Made by a program: the position numbers and the translations under genes. Below, piece after piece: positions 62,012 through 64,000 of a stretch of 64,000 bases of DNA. Within the stretch, counting starts at the first letter, position 1. The number at the start of each line of letters is the position of its first letter. Source of the DNA: Alphaproteobacteria bacterium (GTDB lineage Bacteria; Pseudomonadota; Alphaproteobacteria; JBFXJJ01); assembly GCA_050175015.1 (NCBI GenBank), contig JBFXJJ010000013.1:1-64000 (forward strand), read 5' to 3'. The notes below the pieces were generated by a model that saw nothing but the letters and a program-made list of their open reading frames with translations, was not told the DNA's origin and made no database searches.

Positions 62012-62110
62012 ATTAAAACCTAAAAAATTTTTTAAAAGAAACGATTAAAGTATATTTATTAATATAGTAAAAGCTCAAAAAGATAAATAATTATAATAAC
62101 AAACACAAAA

Positions 62111-62154
62111 AATAACCATAAAATCAAATTGTAATATAAGATTTTATGGTTATT
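62111..62154 (-). terminator. Terminator-like hairpin after RND gene
   Basis: 15-bp stem AATAACCATAAAATC / GATTTTATGGTTATT. Confidence 0.6.
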
Positions 62155-62174
62155 AGTTTAGCTTGTCGTCGAGC

Positions 62175-64000
62175 TTATTTTGAAAAAAACTTTTTATCAA
62201 ACCACTGCATAAATTTTGCTTGAAGCATCAAAGCGCATGGCGTAACAATCAAAGTTAAAATCGTTGCGAAAGCGAGACCGTTAACTACAGCTGTAGATAA
62301 TTGAACCCACCATTGCATAGACGGAGCTCCAATTGAGAGATTTCGGTTCACAAAATCAATGTTGAGGGCAATCATCATTGGAATAAGTCCAAGTATTGTT
62401 GTTGTCGTTGTTAACAAAACAGGTCTTAACCTCTGAGCTCCAGTTCTAACGATAGCCTCTTTAGGGTCAGAATATTGTTTTTTCAACAAGTCATAAGTAT
62501 CAATAAGAATAATATTATTGTTAACCACTATACCTGCGAGCGAAATGACGCCTATGCCCGTCATAATGACGCCAAACGGCTGCTGGAATATAACAAGACC
62601 TAGGAGTACGCCAATAGTTGATAGAATAACAGCGGTTAAAATTAAGAACGTTGAATAAAAACTGTTAAATTGTGTTACCAAAATAATTGCCATAATAAAC
62701 AACGCTATACCAAAGGCTTTGCTTAAGAAAGCTTGTGACTCTTTTTGGTCTTCATCTTCACCTTTAAACTTAAACGTAACATTTTCATTAAGTGGGTTTT
62801 TCTGTAAATATTGTCCTAATTCAACAACTTTATCATTTGCCAAAACGCCTTTTGCTACATCAGATTTAACTGTAATGACACGTTTTGAGTCGGTACGATA
62901 TATGTTACTAACCATAGGCTCAGGTGTTAGGGTTACAAAACTTGAAATCGGAACTATGCCTGAGGAGGTTGCAACTTTAAGACGGTTGATTTGGGAAATT
63001 GAGCGATATTCTTCAGGATATCTTGCAACAATGTCAATTTCATCATCAGAATCATCTGGTCGGTATGAAGAGAACTTGATGCCGTTAGTAATGAGCTGGA
63101 CCATATCGCCAACGGAACTTACATCAACGCTAAATTTGGCGGCTTGAGTTCTATCAACATTAATATTCCATTGAATACCAGGAAGAGGAAGTGTGTCTTC
63201 AATATCAACGAACCCTCCTAGTTCCTCCATAGCTTTTTCAATATGGTTTGCTGCTTCAGGTAATAATGTTGGATCTTTTGAAGATAGTTCAACACTAATA
63301 GGTTTACCTTGGCGAGGACCTTCTTCTTGTTCTCGAACTTCAATATAATATCCAGCAACATCCTTAGTTTTTTCTCTAATTTCTTCAATAACTACCGCCG
63401 CAGGTCGTCTTTCGTCCCATTCTTTGAATTCAAGGTTTACAACACCAATAACATCTTCGGCAGCATCATTTCCTGAATAGCCAGAACGAGCATAAACAGC
63501 TTTGAAATCGTCCATTCCTAATACAAATTTCTCAACATCTTTAACAAAGGCATCTTTTTCTTCTACCGAAAGATTTCCTCTAGCGTGAACTCTTATCAAA
63601 GCCTGACTTGGTTCGATATTGGGGAAAAATTCAAGACCTCTGCCGTACATTCCGTATATTACTGGAGCGACAAAAAGCATTATTAATGCGGCAATAATTA
63701 TTTTTCCAGGGTTGTCTAAAGCTTTAGATAATATTCGAGCGTATTTTCCTGTAAAACCGTGTATTTTAGTGATGTCTCCGTGCTCACTGTTTTCTAAGTC
63801 CTCGGTTACTTCTTTGTCTTGTTCTACAGGTTTTCCTATAAGTCCGCCAAGTGTTGGGACAAATATGATAGCCATTACTAGAGATGCCAGCAATGTTGCA
63901 ATTAATGTTATTGGGAGATATTTCATAAATTCGCCAACGATACCTGTCCAAAAAATCAGAGGAGCAAAAGCAGCAAGTGTTGTAGCTGTTGAGGCTATCA
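62175..64000 (-). CDS. AcrB/RND-family efflux transporter (5' end outside window)
   Basis: ASTATTLAAFAPL..GIVGEFMKYLP continues to the window edge; LAGIVVNNNIILID, RLRPVLLT. Confidence 0.93.
   Translation of the reverse strand, partial: IASTATTLAAFAPLIFWTGIVGEFMKYLPITLIATLLASLVMAIIFVPTLGGLIGKPVEQDKEVTEDLENSEHGDITKIHGFTGKYARILSKALDNPGKIIIAALIMLFVAPVIYGMYGRGLEFFPNIEPSQALIRVHARGNLSVEEKDAFVKDVEKFVLGMDDFKAVYARSGYSGNDAAEDVIGVVNLEFKEWDERRPAAVVIEEIREKTKDVAGYYIEVREQEEGPRQGKPISVELSSKDPTLLPEAANHIEKAMEELGGFVDIEDTLPLPGIQWNINVDRTQAAKFSVDVSSVGDMVQLITNGIKFSSYRPDDSDDEIDIVARYPEEYRSISQINRLKVATSSGIVPISSFVTLTPEPMVSNIYRTDSKRVITVKSDVAKGVLANDKVVELGQYLQKNPLNENVTFKFKGEDEDQKESQAFLSKAFGIALFIMAIILVTQFNSFYSTFLILTAVILSTIGVLLGLVIFQQPFGVIMTGIGVISLAGIVVNNNIILIDTYDLLKKQYSDPKEAIVRTGAQRLRPVLLTTTTTILGLIPMMIALNIDFVNRNLSIGAPSMQWWVQLSTAVVNGLAFATILTLIVTPCALMLQAKFMQWFDKKFFSK

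Noticed and set aside
1913-63147. Numerous short ORFs (60-150 aa) overlapping larger genes in the ORF track
   Set aside because: Antisense or alternate-frame shadows of well-supported genes, with no motifs or RBS.

Overview
AT-rich bacterial chromosome segment, by inference from gene content and order a flagellated, chemotactic alphaproteobacterium (Rhodospirillales-like: xseB-ispA-dxs, ndk-DUF2066-AI-2E-hdaA, rnd/aspS, psd-pssA, alpha-type flagellins). No rRNA, tRNA, CRISPR array or transposase was recognised. Main accessory content: (1) a B12/radical-SAM lysine fermentation cluster kdd-kce-kamA-kamB-kamC-kamD-kamE with no kal in the window, but with a nearby Kat-like 3-aminobutyryl-CoA aminotransferase, unexpected in this lineage; (2) two unrelated surface proteins (a GLUG-repeat protein and a lipoprotein) sharing an unrecognised Cys-rich 'PYWR' repeat; (3) two large flagellins next to a 1554-aa protein of three TPR+glycosyltransferase modules; (4) a methyltransferase gene bracketed by a 52-bp direct repeat of a terminator; (5) a tandem pair of pentapeptide-repeat proteins; (6) an array of abutting hairpins between a convergent two-component pair. 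Product calls rest on motif recognition by eye; no searches were run.
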